Shown here: positions 51,995 to 64,000 of the stretch, in pieces
Position numbering within the stretch: position 1 is the stretch's first letter
Layout of the letters: every line of letters starts with the position of its first letter
Source of the DNA: the human T2T-CHM13v2.0 reference genome, Homo sapiens
DNA: 64,000 nt
Strand: one strand, 5' to 3'
Assembly (NCBI RefSeq): GCF_009914755.1
Contig: NC_060926.1
Notes under the pieces: generated by a model
Told to the model about the DNA's origin: nothing
Seen by the model: the letters and a program-made list of their open reading frames with translations, nothing else
Database searches by the model: none
Made by a program: the position numbers and the translations under genes

Positions 51995-52204
51995 TCAAAC
52001 AGTTTACACCAGAGTAACTGACAAAACTTGGTCACTTAAAAAAAATAACAAATGCTAAGAGGGTATATCTTATGCTAAGTGTTCTTATCACCAAAAAATA
52101 ATGAAAGCAAGAAAGAAAGAGGAAGAGGAAGGGAAGGGAGGAGAGAGGAAGGGAGAAGGAAAGGAAGGAAACTTTTGGAGCTAATGGATATGTTTATGGC
52201 ACTG

Positions 52205-52390
52205 TTGGACTGTTGGCTCTCTGGGGGAAAAAAGATCTGATTTGCAGTGTTTGTTAATTTCTGTGCTGTGAATATCCCCACAATGGCCAATCCCAAACTG
52301 CCAACATGACATCACTGAATGCTGACTTGGGAAGACGTGGACACAATTGGCTCCTAAGAGCCCATGCAAGTGGCTGTGGTACACCATTGC
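52205..52390. mobile_element. hAT DNA transposon relic (MER63-like)
   Basis: CTGATTTGCAGTGTTTG...GACATCACTGAATGC...GTACACCATTG terminus. Confidence 0.55.
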
Positions 52391-55333
52391 ACTCTCTTCC
52401 TCTTCACTCTGTTTTATTTTATTCTGCAGTGATTATATGATCTATTACATCTTTCTTATTAATTTATTCATGGTATGTACACCTCCAACTACAATACCAG
52501 CTCCATGAAGACAGGAATTTTGTTTTGTTCACTTATATGTCTTCAGGGCCTAGAACTGTTGCTGGCACAGAGTAGACTCTTAATATATATTTGTTGAATG
52601 AATAAATGTGGGGACAACAGTGGTACTTGGAGGTGAGAAATTAAGATTACCCCAAAGGGATATTCTGTGTGGATTAAAGTCACAAATTATTATATGGAAA
52701 GTTTAGCGGTAAGCCAGCAAAGTTTGTCCTCTAAGCCATGGGTTTCTAAAGATGGGTGGACACATCCCAGAGTGTACACGAGTCAATCAATGAAGGGTTG
52801 AAAGAAAACATTAGAGCTCTATATGTTATAAATATTTCACATATTTCTTTTGTTTTATTTAAAGATAAAAACAGCATGGCCCTGTGGATGAATTTCCTTT
52901 ATTGCAAAGTCATAATAATTCAGTGATGATGACAAAGATGATGGTGATAATGAAAACATAAAACTTGAAAGTAGAAAGTCTCCTTAGAAGAGAGAAGAAA
53001 GATAGTTTATTTAAAACATAAGAAATACATTAATCTTTACTAATATTTAATGTGAGAATCAACTGTGAAACTCAACTTTGGTCAACCCAAATGTTGGCTG
53101 CTGTTAGCAAAGATGAAATTTCAAAAATGAAACATATTTTATCTCTCCTTCAAATTAAAGGCGATATTTTTCCAGTAAGTAATAGCTGCTTAAAAACAAC
53201 AGCAAAGCAAAACAGAGCAAAATTTGCACAATGGAAACTATGAAGACAGCATTTTGAAAACCAATGTTTAGAAATGTTTGTCAAAGAAATCCAACAAATA
53301 TCCCAGCCATATTCTCTTTTTCAATCCCTTAGCTCAACGTCAAGGATGCTATTTAGTGCCCTCTGGTTCTACATTCATTCTTACCAGCAGATTGGTGATT
53401 AAAGGGAACATATTAATTAAGTCCAAGTTTCGTTTTTTTAAAAAGTTTGGTTTGTGGACCACCTGCATCAGAATCTCCTGGAGGTGCTCATCCGAAATGT
53501 AAGCTATTATTATTATTATCACAGTTGTAATACTTGCTCATTGGGTCTTGCCAGGAGATTATAAGCTTTGCAAGGTCAAGGACTATTATATTGTTCATGA
53601 TCGCATTCCCAACCCTTAGTGTAACACTTGACAAAGTGAAGACAAACAATAAATATTTGTGGAGTGAATGAAAGTCAAGGATAAAGGGTACAAGCAGCAT
53701 CAGTTCCAGACAGGGCATTCTCAATGAATTTCATAAATAACTGTCTTATACATTCTTTGTGGTATTTTCAGTGGTGAAAAGAGACATCCAAGTAAAGATT
53801 CCAAGACAGGAATGATAAATTAAGAATACTGCATTGAATTGTACACAGGTTAGACATATGACTTAACACTTATTATCAGGCAGTACTCAATGCAAAAGAA
53901 AGAAATTACTCTCGGTAAAACAGAAGATTAAGTGCTTACAAAATCAGTTTAAGGGACAAAGGAACTCGCCTCCAAATTTTCACCACTGTAGCTGTGATGC
54001 AAGGTCAGGAAGTTAATATAGCTATTGCCACTGCTGCTAATTTCAAAGCCGCTTCCTCCCACAAAGCCAGTAACCTGGGTGGAAAGTGGAATCCAGCCAC
54101 TGCTAAAATTCATTCCTGTTAGAGCCTAATTGTCCATCTAAACTCTATTGAGCAATCACATCCTGCATCCTTCTGCCTTTCAAATCCCATGAAAGTTCAT
54201 CAATTGACTGAATCTAATCTGTATTCAGGACCCTAGCTGCAAGGGAATCAGGGTAACATCACGTTTTTAGCTTTCCAACTTCTCTAAATAGAAGGATGAT
54301 GAACTGAAGATTGAGAGAGCCAATCCAAGCAACCAGTCAATTTGGTTAAAAAAAATTTACTGCATATCAGAAATATTATTAACAATAAAATCATGTTATC
54401 TATTCCCATTTACTGAATAGATTCGCAGTTTATAAACAGATAGCTCTTTAAAAATAAACTTGGATTTAAAAGTCTAATACAAAAACCTAATTACAAATAC
54501 ATTTATTTATTTTTGTGTACTTTATAAAAAGAGTACAAATCAGTATGCTGCACAAACAAGTAGTCAATCTTATTAGATGCTTTTTAATACTATTGTACCT
54601 GTTGAATCTTGTTTGCTTTGTCTATAATAAACAACACTGTTGAAAATAGCTTCAGGTTGCTTTTCATGATCACCCATGCTTTGTTCCCTTTCAGTAGCTA
54701 AAATGAAAATAGGATTTGACATCAACAAAGAATAAAGACATGGGTAAAGAGAAAGATAAGTGAGCCTAACTACAAATGCCAGATCTTGGAATAAATTTAA
54801 ATGTGAAATCACGTTGGGAAAGTGCATATGGTTGTGAAAGCATCAACTTATTTCCTAAGTCACAATAAGAAGAATTAAGCCAAAAAACGAACAAAAAAAA
54901 TCAACCCCCCCAAAAAAACTCAACTTTTTAAAAAAGAACATATTAAAATATTCTTGTCAAACATGCTTTCAGCATTGACTCTATTATTACTTTTGAGCCA
55001 AATCAGGTCACCAAGACTGGCCTAGGTGAAAGAGTATCAGTCTCAACTGAGGTTTATTTCACTGTGTCCTGTTCACGAATCAGCAAACAAACCTTGCAAA
55101 AGGGATGCCTACAATACTGAAAGCATGGAGGTGTGAGTTGATGGGGCTCTTGAATCCTGCTTTGTTCCTCATAGAGACATCCCAAAATTCAGTGGTCTGA
55201 ACAACCCAGGGAGACTGAAGGAGGAGTGAATCACATAGAACTGAGTTCACTGCTTTGCATTCTATCTGAGGCCAAATGATGTCAAGTTGGGGAGAAGATA
55301 TGTCAGCACTCAAAGGGCTGGTTTATTGCCACA

Positions 55334-55694
55334 TGTATTAGTCCATTTTCATGCTGCTGATAAAGACATACCTAAGACTGGGCAATTTAGAAAAGAAAGG
55401 AGTTTAATGGACTCACAGTTCCACTTGGCTGGGGAGGCCTCACAATCATGGCAGATGGTGAAAGGCACATCTTACATGGCAGCAGACAAGAGAAAAGTAC
55501 TTTTACACGGAAACTCCCCTTTATAAAACCATCAGATCTTGTGAGACTTATTCACTATCACGAGAATAGCACAGGAAAGACCTGCCCCCATGATTCAATT
55601 ACCTCCCACTGGGTCCCTCCCACAACATGTGTGAATTGTGGGAATCACCAATTCAAGATGAGAATTTAGGTGGGGACACAGCCAAACCATATCA
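55334..55694 (-). mobile_element. THE1 (B/C-like) MaLR solo LTR
   Basis: TGTATTAGTCC...GGGGACACAGCCAAACCATATCA; near-TSD CCACA/CCATA. Confidence 0.9.
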
Positions 55695-56847
55695 CCATAT
55701 ATATTCATAATTTTAAAAAATTATATGGCATCTATTATGCATTTTACAAATGTGGTTTGTAAAAAACATCCAGTGAGAAAACTGAGGCACACAGCAATGA
55801 AATAACTGGCCCAAGGTCTCACAGCTAGAAAGTGGCAGAGCAGGATTCACACCAAGCCAGTCTCCAGAGTCCATTATGCTGCTTCCATAAAAGGATATCT
55901 TGTAATGCCTGTCTTTATACTTCCAAGTTTAATTTCTTGCTGTACCTTCAGGACTACTCCAGGTTTGGGTGCAGTAGACCCGAATTTGGCCTATTATAAC
56001 ATGCACCTGGAAACAGTCTTATTTACTTTCCTTACCTCAAGTCAAAGATGAGAGTTCAAATTACTATCTGGGTAGTGCAGAGCTCACACAGCTGTTTGCA
56101 AGTAAGTCTGACTGACTGCAAATGGACAGGTTTCTATATTCAGGCCGCTACATGTTTACTTTAAAAAACATTTGTTTAAAACCTGTGAAGCTCCGGAAAT
56201 CTGCCAAAGTTGGTCATAAAGATGTCAAACCCAAGCCTCACAAGCTTACAGAAAGAGAATGTGTTGGCTCACAGGCCGTTAACAGGACAGAAGTTTCAAG
56301 TGGGGCTTAATATAAGTTCAGAGCATGCCACCAGGATCTATCTTGCAGCTTGACGTCCTTGTAATAACACAAACCAGTTTCTAGGATTAAATCCCATTAC
56401 CCCTGATTGGCCTGCCTGGAGTCATGTGACCAGCTCGGATCACGCATCATGGTGGGGGCTGGGGAGCACACTCTCTGCCAAAAGGAGTAACAAGGGCCTC
56501 AGGCTCTAAGAACTTGATAAGCATCTCCTCCACCCCACATTTCCTAACTTAATATGACAACCAAGAATAAAGAGCATTTCTGCCCTGCAGTAAAGAAAGG
56601 ATATATGTTTTTTTAAAAAGAAAAATGCACACACTATCCATCATGTTTGCACATGAGAAATAGGCCATGTCCCTAGGAATAGGAGGCTTATCAAGTCAAT
56701 ATGTGCACTGAGTCTTCAGGTGATTCTCTCAAAAGACTTCAGTTTCAACTATCAGACACACAGAAAAATATATTTCATCACCAAAATAAACAAGCTTACC
56801 AATTTTACTGTCCTCTTTACAATCTTTTTTTTAAGAAATGACACCTA

Positions 56848-57144
56848 GGCCAGGAGCGGCGGCTTATGCCTATATTCCCAGCACTTTGGGAAGCCGAGGC
56901 GGGCGGATCACCTGAGGTCAGGAGTTCAAGACCAGCCTGGCCAACATGGTGAAACCCCATCTCTAATTTTACAAAATACAAAATCAGTTTGGTTTGGTGG
57001 CACACACCTGTAATCCCAGCTACTCAGGAGGTTGAAGCAGGAGAATCGCTCCCGGGAGCTGGCGGTTGCAGTGAACCGAGATCGCCCCAAAGCACTCCAG
57101 CCTCGGTGACAAAATCAAAACTCTGTTAAAAAAAAAAAAAAAAA
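56848..57144 (+). mobile_element. AluS element
   Basis: Alu dimer; TSD AAGAAATG(A/C)CACCTA. Confidence 0.93.
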
Positions 57145-58920
57145 GAAATGCCACCTAATGTGAAGATGTAAGGCCCCCATTCCATGCTGATACATGATAC
57201 GTGATTCCATGTATTGGCAGGTTCTATTTCTAACAGTTTGCATTTTCAAAGGAGTGGAGAATGCCTCACTTCTAGCATGAGTACAATAATAAAAACAGAC
57301 AGAAAGATCGTTAGTGATATGACCCAGCAACATGCCTCTTTTCCCATCTGAGCTCTGTTTTATGAACAAGGTTAAAGATGAAGTATGACCCCATTCAAGT
57401 CACCAGGGTAGGGGTAGGGCGTTGGTGGAAAAAGTCCCCAAGTGACAACAGGAAACCTAGCTTCTGTTCTGACCTTCCTTCCCAACTCCTCCTCTAAGGC
57501 CAACTATGCAATATTGGACACACATTTGTCTATGGGCCTCAGTTTGCTCTATTGTGCAGTGAGGGTACTGGGCTACATCTCTCACATACCTTCCTCTAAG
57601 TCCGTCGAAACTGGTCTGTGACCAGGACAAAGTCAGCAAATAAAAGGGTTGGAGTTTAGAGCTGAATATAGTCCAATCTCTTTATTTTGCAGAGCCTGAG
57701 TAATCCCTACTAGAAGCACCATGTCAGCAGTCAGAGAATGGAGCAATGAATTCTACTCAGAAGGAAGTACAGTAATGAGGCACAGGAATAGCTGAAACAA
57801 ACTCTTCCAGTTGCACAATGATGGCCAGCCCTGAGAAGGCCCATTAATGACCAGAGTACCAGAAGACAGCTTGGGCTCAGATTACCCCACCCTACTAGAT
57901 TGTTAGTTCCTTGAAAAATGTCACTAAGTTTTGTTCACAGTTGAATATTCAGGACCTACCACAGTGCCTAGAACATAGAAAATGTTCCTTTAATGCATGG
58001 TAAATGAATGAATAGATAATAATTGCCAATATTTGGTACTTACTAAGTGTGAGAAACAATTCTAAAGGTTTTATATTTGTTAACTGAGTCAGACCTTGCA
58101 AAATGCATATGAGGCAGATACAGCTATGATCCTGTTTGTGAGATCAGGAAGCTTACACATATAGTACATGATGGGAACAGGCCACCTTGTTCAAGAATCC
58201 ATGCTCTTCACCACTACAATGTTCTACCTCTTAAGGTAGAGGGTCTTCACTGAGAAATCTAAGTTTCTAAACAGCTCTGGTGTTAATTTGCATAATCTCT
58301 ATGGGGTTCATTTCCCTTTACCAGATTCCCCCACATATCCCTACATACTAGTCCCTCTAACAACATCCCTTTCACCTTTAATATTCCATATATTCTACAT
58401 TTTAGTGTGTGCTAGAAATACTGTATCTCACGCTGGGGGAATGAGGACAGGGGTTTCAAACTCAGAGGGCTCTGAGTTCTCTCAGATAAAGGAGTTTTGA
58501 GAACCATGGTCTAGTGACAATGGCCTTTCCTGCCTAAGGGCATTCAAATTCAAAATATTTACATTTCAGCAGTAGCCAAACAAAATATTTCAGACGGCTA
58601 CGTCAGGGCCAGCAGTTTTCAGCTCCAGTGCTACGGTTGGATGGATGCTTGGTCTAAGAATTCCACTGAGGAGGCCCAAGTGATCTCAGAAGAAATTCCT
58701 AAAATAAAAATGGGAACAGGACTACTGAAGACAAACCAAGTGGAGTGGTCCAAATTATCTGCAGTACAGAATGAGGGCTCTCAGAGTTGACCTTGGTTAT
58801 TTAATTTTACTCCAGCTTTTCAAACAAGTTATACCCTAAAAACCTTGTATTAATCTTTATCAATGTGACTTCACCTTTTACACAAGTGATGTATTTAACA
58901 AAGATTGTTGGCCTCTTTCT

Positions 58921-59215
<295 letters not shown>

Positions 59216-59826
59216 TGGTCTCTTTCTTAGTTTTAAGAAATGCAAAGGATTTGAAGTTGAAAGTAAACTTTCCTATTTTCATCATTTTGCAATCTGTTAA
59301 ATATTAATAGAGTCAGAGCTTCTCCTTGACAAGGATAACATCTGTCATTTCCTTGGGTCCTGTTGTTCCTTTGTAAGAGCTCCACAAGCAACCTCCAAAG
59401 GAAAATTTCCTGAATGTAAAACAATGGGAGCTTACCACGGGGAGACATAACACTTGCTGCATTGAAATTGAACAGCCCTGCATGTGTCCAAAGGAAATGG
59501 ATAATGAGCAATAAAGAAGAAGGGCAAGCACAATAATAACAGAAAAGAAGTTCACCGAAACTTGTAGTTCTATGAAAACAGGCTTACCAAACATCTGCAG
59601 TTGGAAAGTTAAAAATAAATCTGCGTTTTTTTTAAAAAAAAATATGTATATATTTTTTAAAAAGTTGCCTCCAGTCAGCTCCATTTGGGGAATTTTTTTT
59701 TTTCATTTTATATCCCAAGTCATCTAAAGACATGTAACTTAGAATGCTCGCATTTATTTATTTACTTATATAATTTTTGGTATATATTTAAGGTATACAG
59801 CATGATATTTTTATACAATAGAATGC

Positions 59827-60113
59827 TTTATTTATTTATTTATTTATTTATTTATTTTTGAGACGCCCAGGCTAGAGTGCAATGCTGCCATCTTGGCTCT
59901 GCAACCTCTGCCTCAAGTTCAAGCAATTCTCCTGCCTCAGCCTCCAGAGTAGCTGGGATTACAGGCACCCACCCTCATGTCCAGCTAATTTTTGTATTTT
60001 TGTATAGATGGGGTTTCACCATGTTAACCAGGCTGTTCTTGAACTCCTGACTTCAGGTGATCTGCCCGCCTCAGCCTCCCAAAGTGTAGGGATTACAGGC
60101 ATGAGCCCCTGTA
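59827..60113 (-). mobile_element. AluS element with (TTTA)n tail
   Basis: Antisense Alu dimer. Confidence 0.9.
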
Positions 60114-60415
60114 CTTGATTTTAATCTGTTCAGTAAAACATCAATTTACTAAACTGCAACTAATTAGAAGTTTTCATTAAGGAAGTTTTGTTTTGCTTCA
60201 AATGATTGCTTAGAGACAAGGCTCTGAATTATCAGAGACATTTAATTTGAATCATTTACACTATATTAAAACTCAAGCAGAAAAGTGGGTTCATAATTTT
60301 ATCCACATGTACTTAGAAAAATTTTAGTGACAAATTAAAGGAAATAGAATACTAAATGCCCTGAGTATTCCAGTTAAGAGATTTTAAAATAAAAGTCTGT
60401 ATTTTATTTTCGAAG

Positions 60416-61035
60416 GTTTTCTTTTATTTTGCTTTTGTTTTGTTTTGTTTTTTAGAGACAGAGTCTCACTCTGTTGCCCAGACTGGAGTGCAATGGTGTG
60501 TTCACAGTTCACTGTGGTTTTGGATTCCTGAGCTCAAGCAATCCTGCTGCCTCAATCTCATTTTTTTTAAATTGAAATTTTTTTTTAATTGATGCATAAT
60601 TGGTGTACCCAGTTCTGGGATATATGTGATAATTTAATATGCTCATATAGGTTGTAAAGATCAAATCAGTAGACCAGACATACTGGCTCACGCATGTAAT
60701 CCTAACACTTTGGGAGGCCAAGGAGGGAGGACTGCTTGCAGCGAGGACTTTGAGACCAGATTGGGCAACATAGCGAGAACTTGTTGCTATGAAAAAAAAT
60801 TTTTTTTTATTATCTGGATAGGATGGCATGCACCTGTAGTCCCAGCTACTCAGGAGGCTGAGACAGGAAGATCACATGAGCCCAGGACTCCAAGGCTGCA
60901 GGGAGCTGTGATTGCACTATGTGCTTCAGCCTGGGCAACAGAGCAAGCCCCCGTCTCTAAAAATAAAAAATAAGAAAAACTAAATAAAAAGATCAAATTG
61001 GGGTACTTGGGTTATCCATCACCTTAAATATTTGA
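60416..61035. mobile_element. Nested cluster: antisense Alu monomer (60416-60556) and antisense L1MA 3' end split by a sense AluJ (60673-60990)
   Basis: Alu arms recognisable; AAAGATCAAAT on both sides of the AluJ. Confidence 0.75.
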
Positions 61036-61749
61036 AGATTTGATTTTGGAACCAGAGAATGTCACCTCTTTCAGGGCCCCATTGATGAGATTTTGACTCT
61101 AACACATTTTCTTCTGGAAAAAAGTTCTCACATCAAAAAAAAGAAAAATAAGGTCAATCCTGTTGGACAGAGGGTCTTTTACTCCTAACAATGCTTTCTG
61201 AATCGGCTTTATAATAAAAAATACATCTGGTGGCAGGCAGGAGATAGAGAGCAGAAAAGCAGGGGGAAAGGCCAGTTTGCTGAGAGGGTAAGGAACTGAT
61301 AAAATCAGTTCCCTCAAAATAAACAGGGAGCTGGAGGCCCGACGGAGCCCCGCTCAGCATGTCATCTGCATCCACTGGGCAACACATTGAGGTAGACTCA
61401 ACTGAACCTTGAACACCCCCCAGGGAGATTTGTGCTTTGCCTGGCACTCTGGTAGTATATTTCCATGTCTGTATAGATTTCTTGTCTGGGTTTCTTTTAT
61501 CCGACTGCAGCTTCTGTCAAAAAATCAGACTGGAGAAATGAGCTGCTTGCAGTCAGACAGTTAGGGAGTGACCTTGGGCAACTCGTTTCATCTCAAGTTT
61601 CATTTCCACACCAGGATATGAGAATCACATGAAAAAAATAATAATAACTCAGTGCAGGGCACATATCAGATGCTCCCCATATAAGTTCATTTCTTTTCCA
61701 AAGCTCTAAGTAGGAAATATCTGGTATTGGGAGGCAACATGTGTTCTTC

Positions 61750-62204
61750 CGTGAACCCAGAAAATCTGAGACAGGTCTCAGTTAATTTAGAAAGCTTATT
61801 TTGCCAAGGTTGAGAACGCACCAGTGACACAGCCTCAGGAAGTCCTGACATGTGCTCAAAGTGGTTGGGACACAGCTTGGTTTTATATACTTTAGGGATA
61901 CATGAGACATCAATCAATATATGTAAGAACTACATTGACTTGGTCTAGAACAGCGAGACAACTTGCAGCAAAGGCAGAAAGACTCAAGCAAGGAGGGAGC
62001 TTCCAGGTCACAGATAAGTGAGACACAAACCGTTGCATTCTTTTGAGTTTCCAATTAGCCTTTTCAAAGAAGGCAATCAGATATGCATCCACCTCAGTGA
62101 GCAGAGGGATAACTGAATAGAATGGGAGGCAAGTTGGCCCTCTGCAGTTTCCAGCTTGAGTTTTCCTTAGTGATTTTGGGGGCCCAAGATATTTTCCTTT
62201 CACA
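61750..62204 (-). mobile_element. ERV1 solo LTR (MER4A-like)
   Basis: Minus strand begins TGTGAAAGGAAAATATCTTGGGCCCCCAAAATCACTAAG and ends TTTTCTGGGTTCAC; 4-bp TSD CTTC. Confidence 0.8.
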
Positions 62205-62234
62205 CTTCCCTTCTACTTTCTATAGAAGGAAGTT

Positions 62235-62940
62235 GACTTAGGTTGGGATCCCTGGGACCAGACTTTGGAATGGAGAAATGCAAGCAGAAGCTTCAGTGAG
62301 ACTAAGGAAATGAAGAAGGCAGGAACGGGCAGAGAGAGAGGCTGGCTGGAAACCTGATGGCCCCTGCAGCCTCTGTCTTTCCTGTGGTGAGCTCTGGAGC
62401 TAAGAGCACCTTTCAGAGTTTTCCCAAAGGAAGACAAGGGGGGCAGGACTTTGTATCCCCACCCTATCCAGTCATTGGCCATAGACCGTCTGCACAGAAA
62501 GGGGATGACTTTGGGTGAGGCAGTTGTCTGTGGCTGAGAACAGTGTCCACGGAGGAGCACAGCTATGAGCTGTAAGCAGTCGGTATTCTCAGCAGCCAGG
62601 GAATGGGTATATTCACCCTAAAGTAGGGAACTGGGTGGCGCACCTCGATATTCACTGCAGTCCACCCCTTGGTCCACTCAGACTTATCTGTGTCATATCA
62701 TAAATTTGATCCATCTGGGAACAGTTTCTTCAGGATTCTGGTTGGTCTTGGTTTCTGGGGAACTTAAGAGTTCGTGAGACAAACTCTAGCTCCTGCTACT
62801 GCATTTGACCTTGAGGTCATAACTGAAACTCTCATTTCCTGTCCACCACCCATTTGAGATTCTGCTCACCCTCAGCTGATGCCTCTGCCAAGCTGGGTGG
62901 CTCAGCTGGTGGAGTGATACAAACTCTCATATCTGAGGAT
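62235..62940 (-). mobile_element. Old ERVL 3' LTR (LTR16/LTR33-like) with adjoining internal sequence
   Basis: Polypurine-tract-like AAGGGGTGGAC (62670-62660) directly before TG on the minus strand. Confidence 0.5.
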
Positions 62941-63508
62941 TGGAGCAGCACAGTATTAAGTATAGAATTTCTGTTTTGCCCCCACAAAGGGAACAACATG
63001 GACTTAACACTTTCCCTCTCTTCCTCACCACCTCCTGACTTTCTCTTGCCCATTGTGAGGAGTAACTCATATAAATGGAAAGTCTAGGGAGAGGCTGACA
63101 TTCGTTGGACCATCTTAACCATAACCTCTGCCTTGAAAGTCACTTGATGCTGGACCATCTCTATCTTTTTAACCCTATCACCATCCTGGACCTGTCTACA
63201 GTCCCAGAACCGTAGATGTTACCACTTCTAGTCTGATGCACATTGCAGTTAGGCTAAGCCTTGATATGCTGGAGTAAAAACACCAAAATTTCAGCAGCTT
63301 AAAAAAAGTTTATTTCTCCCTCTCCAAAGGCTGCTTTGTGTCTGGGAATCTCTCCGACATTACTGCTCCAGATCCCAGGCTGCTTCATTCTTGTGACATC
63401 TCCACCAAGCACAAGACTCAAAGGTTCACCACAACAGGAGAAGAGAGTGTTAGAGAGCTGCGAGGTGTCAGGTGGTCAATTAAGACAATGCACCAAACTG
63501 AAAGTAAC

Positions 63509-63880
63509 AATACTATGCAGCCATAAAAAATGATGAGTTCATGTCCTTTGTAGGGACATGGATGAAGCTGGAAACCATCATTCTCAGCAAACTATCGCAA
63601 GGACAAAAAACCAAACACCGCATGTTCTCACTCGTAGGTGGGAATTGAACAATGAGAACACATTGACACAGGAAGCGGAACATCACTCACTGGGACCTGT
63701 TGTGGGGTGGGGGGAGGGGAGAGGGATAGCATTAGGAAATATACCTAATGTTAAATGACGAGTTAATGGGTGCAGCAAACCATCATGGCACATATATACA
63801 TATGTAACTAACCTGCACGTTGTGCACATGTACCCTAAAACTTAAAGTATAATAAAAAAATAAAAATAAAAAAATAATAA
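63509..63880 (+). mobile_element. Young L1PA 3' end
   Basis: AATACTATGCAGCCATAAAAAATGATGAG...G-rich 3'UTR...TAAAACTTAAAGTATAATAAAAA. Confidence 0.92.
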
Positions 63881-64000
63881 AGATGCCAATTCTCCCCCCC
63901 AAAAAACAAAAAACAATTAAGCCTTTATTTACTTGCTGTGATATGACTCTTGTGTGCAGCAAAAGGTGCCTGATCCCACAGCCTTCCATTTTGCCCCAGG

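Overview
Human (primate) genomic DNA containing the complete secretogranin II gene (SCG2) on the minus strand. The gene has a short non-coding exon 1 (~17455-17379), a ~3 kb intron, and exon 2 (14390 to ~12035) holding the whole 617-aa ORF. The proximal promoter shows a TATA box, a perfect CRE and a 1-bp-shortened RE1/NRSE-like element between the TATA box and the likely TSS, and exon 1 carries an 8-codon uORF. The remaining ~58 kb is gene-free and dense in repeats: Alu (including a consensus-like, human-specific AluYb8), L1, L2, MIR, MaLR/ERVL/ERV1 LTRs and hAT relics. A few unique islands look like enhancers, the best at ~28.1-28.7 kb. I found no convincing new protein-coding system; all other ORFs are repeat-derived, antisense shadows or noise. 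The most notable items are regulatory (RE1 variant, uORF, bZIP-rich island, DUX4-motif LTR) and retrotransposition or repair oddities (twin-primed L1, AluY with a ~120-bp flanking duplication, triple-TSD tandem Alus, a ~130-bp locally templated insertion). Repeat subfamily calls and boundaries are by eye from memory of consensus sequences and are approximate.
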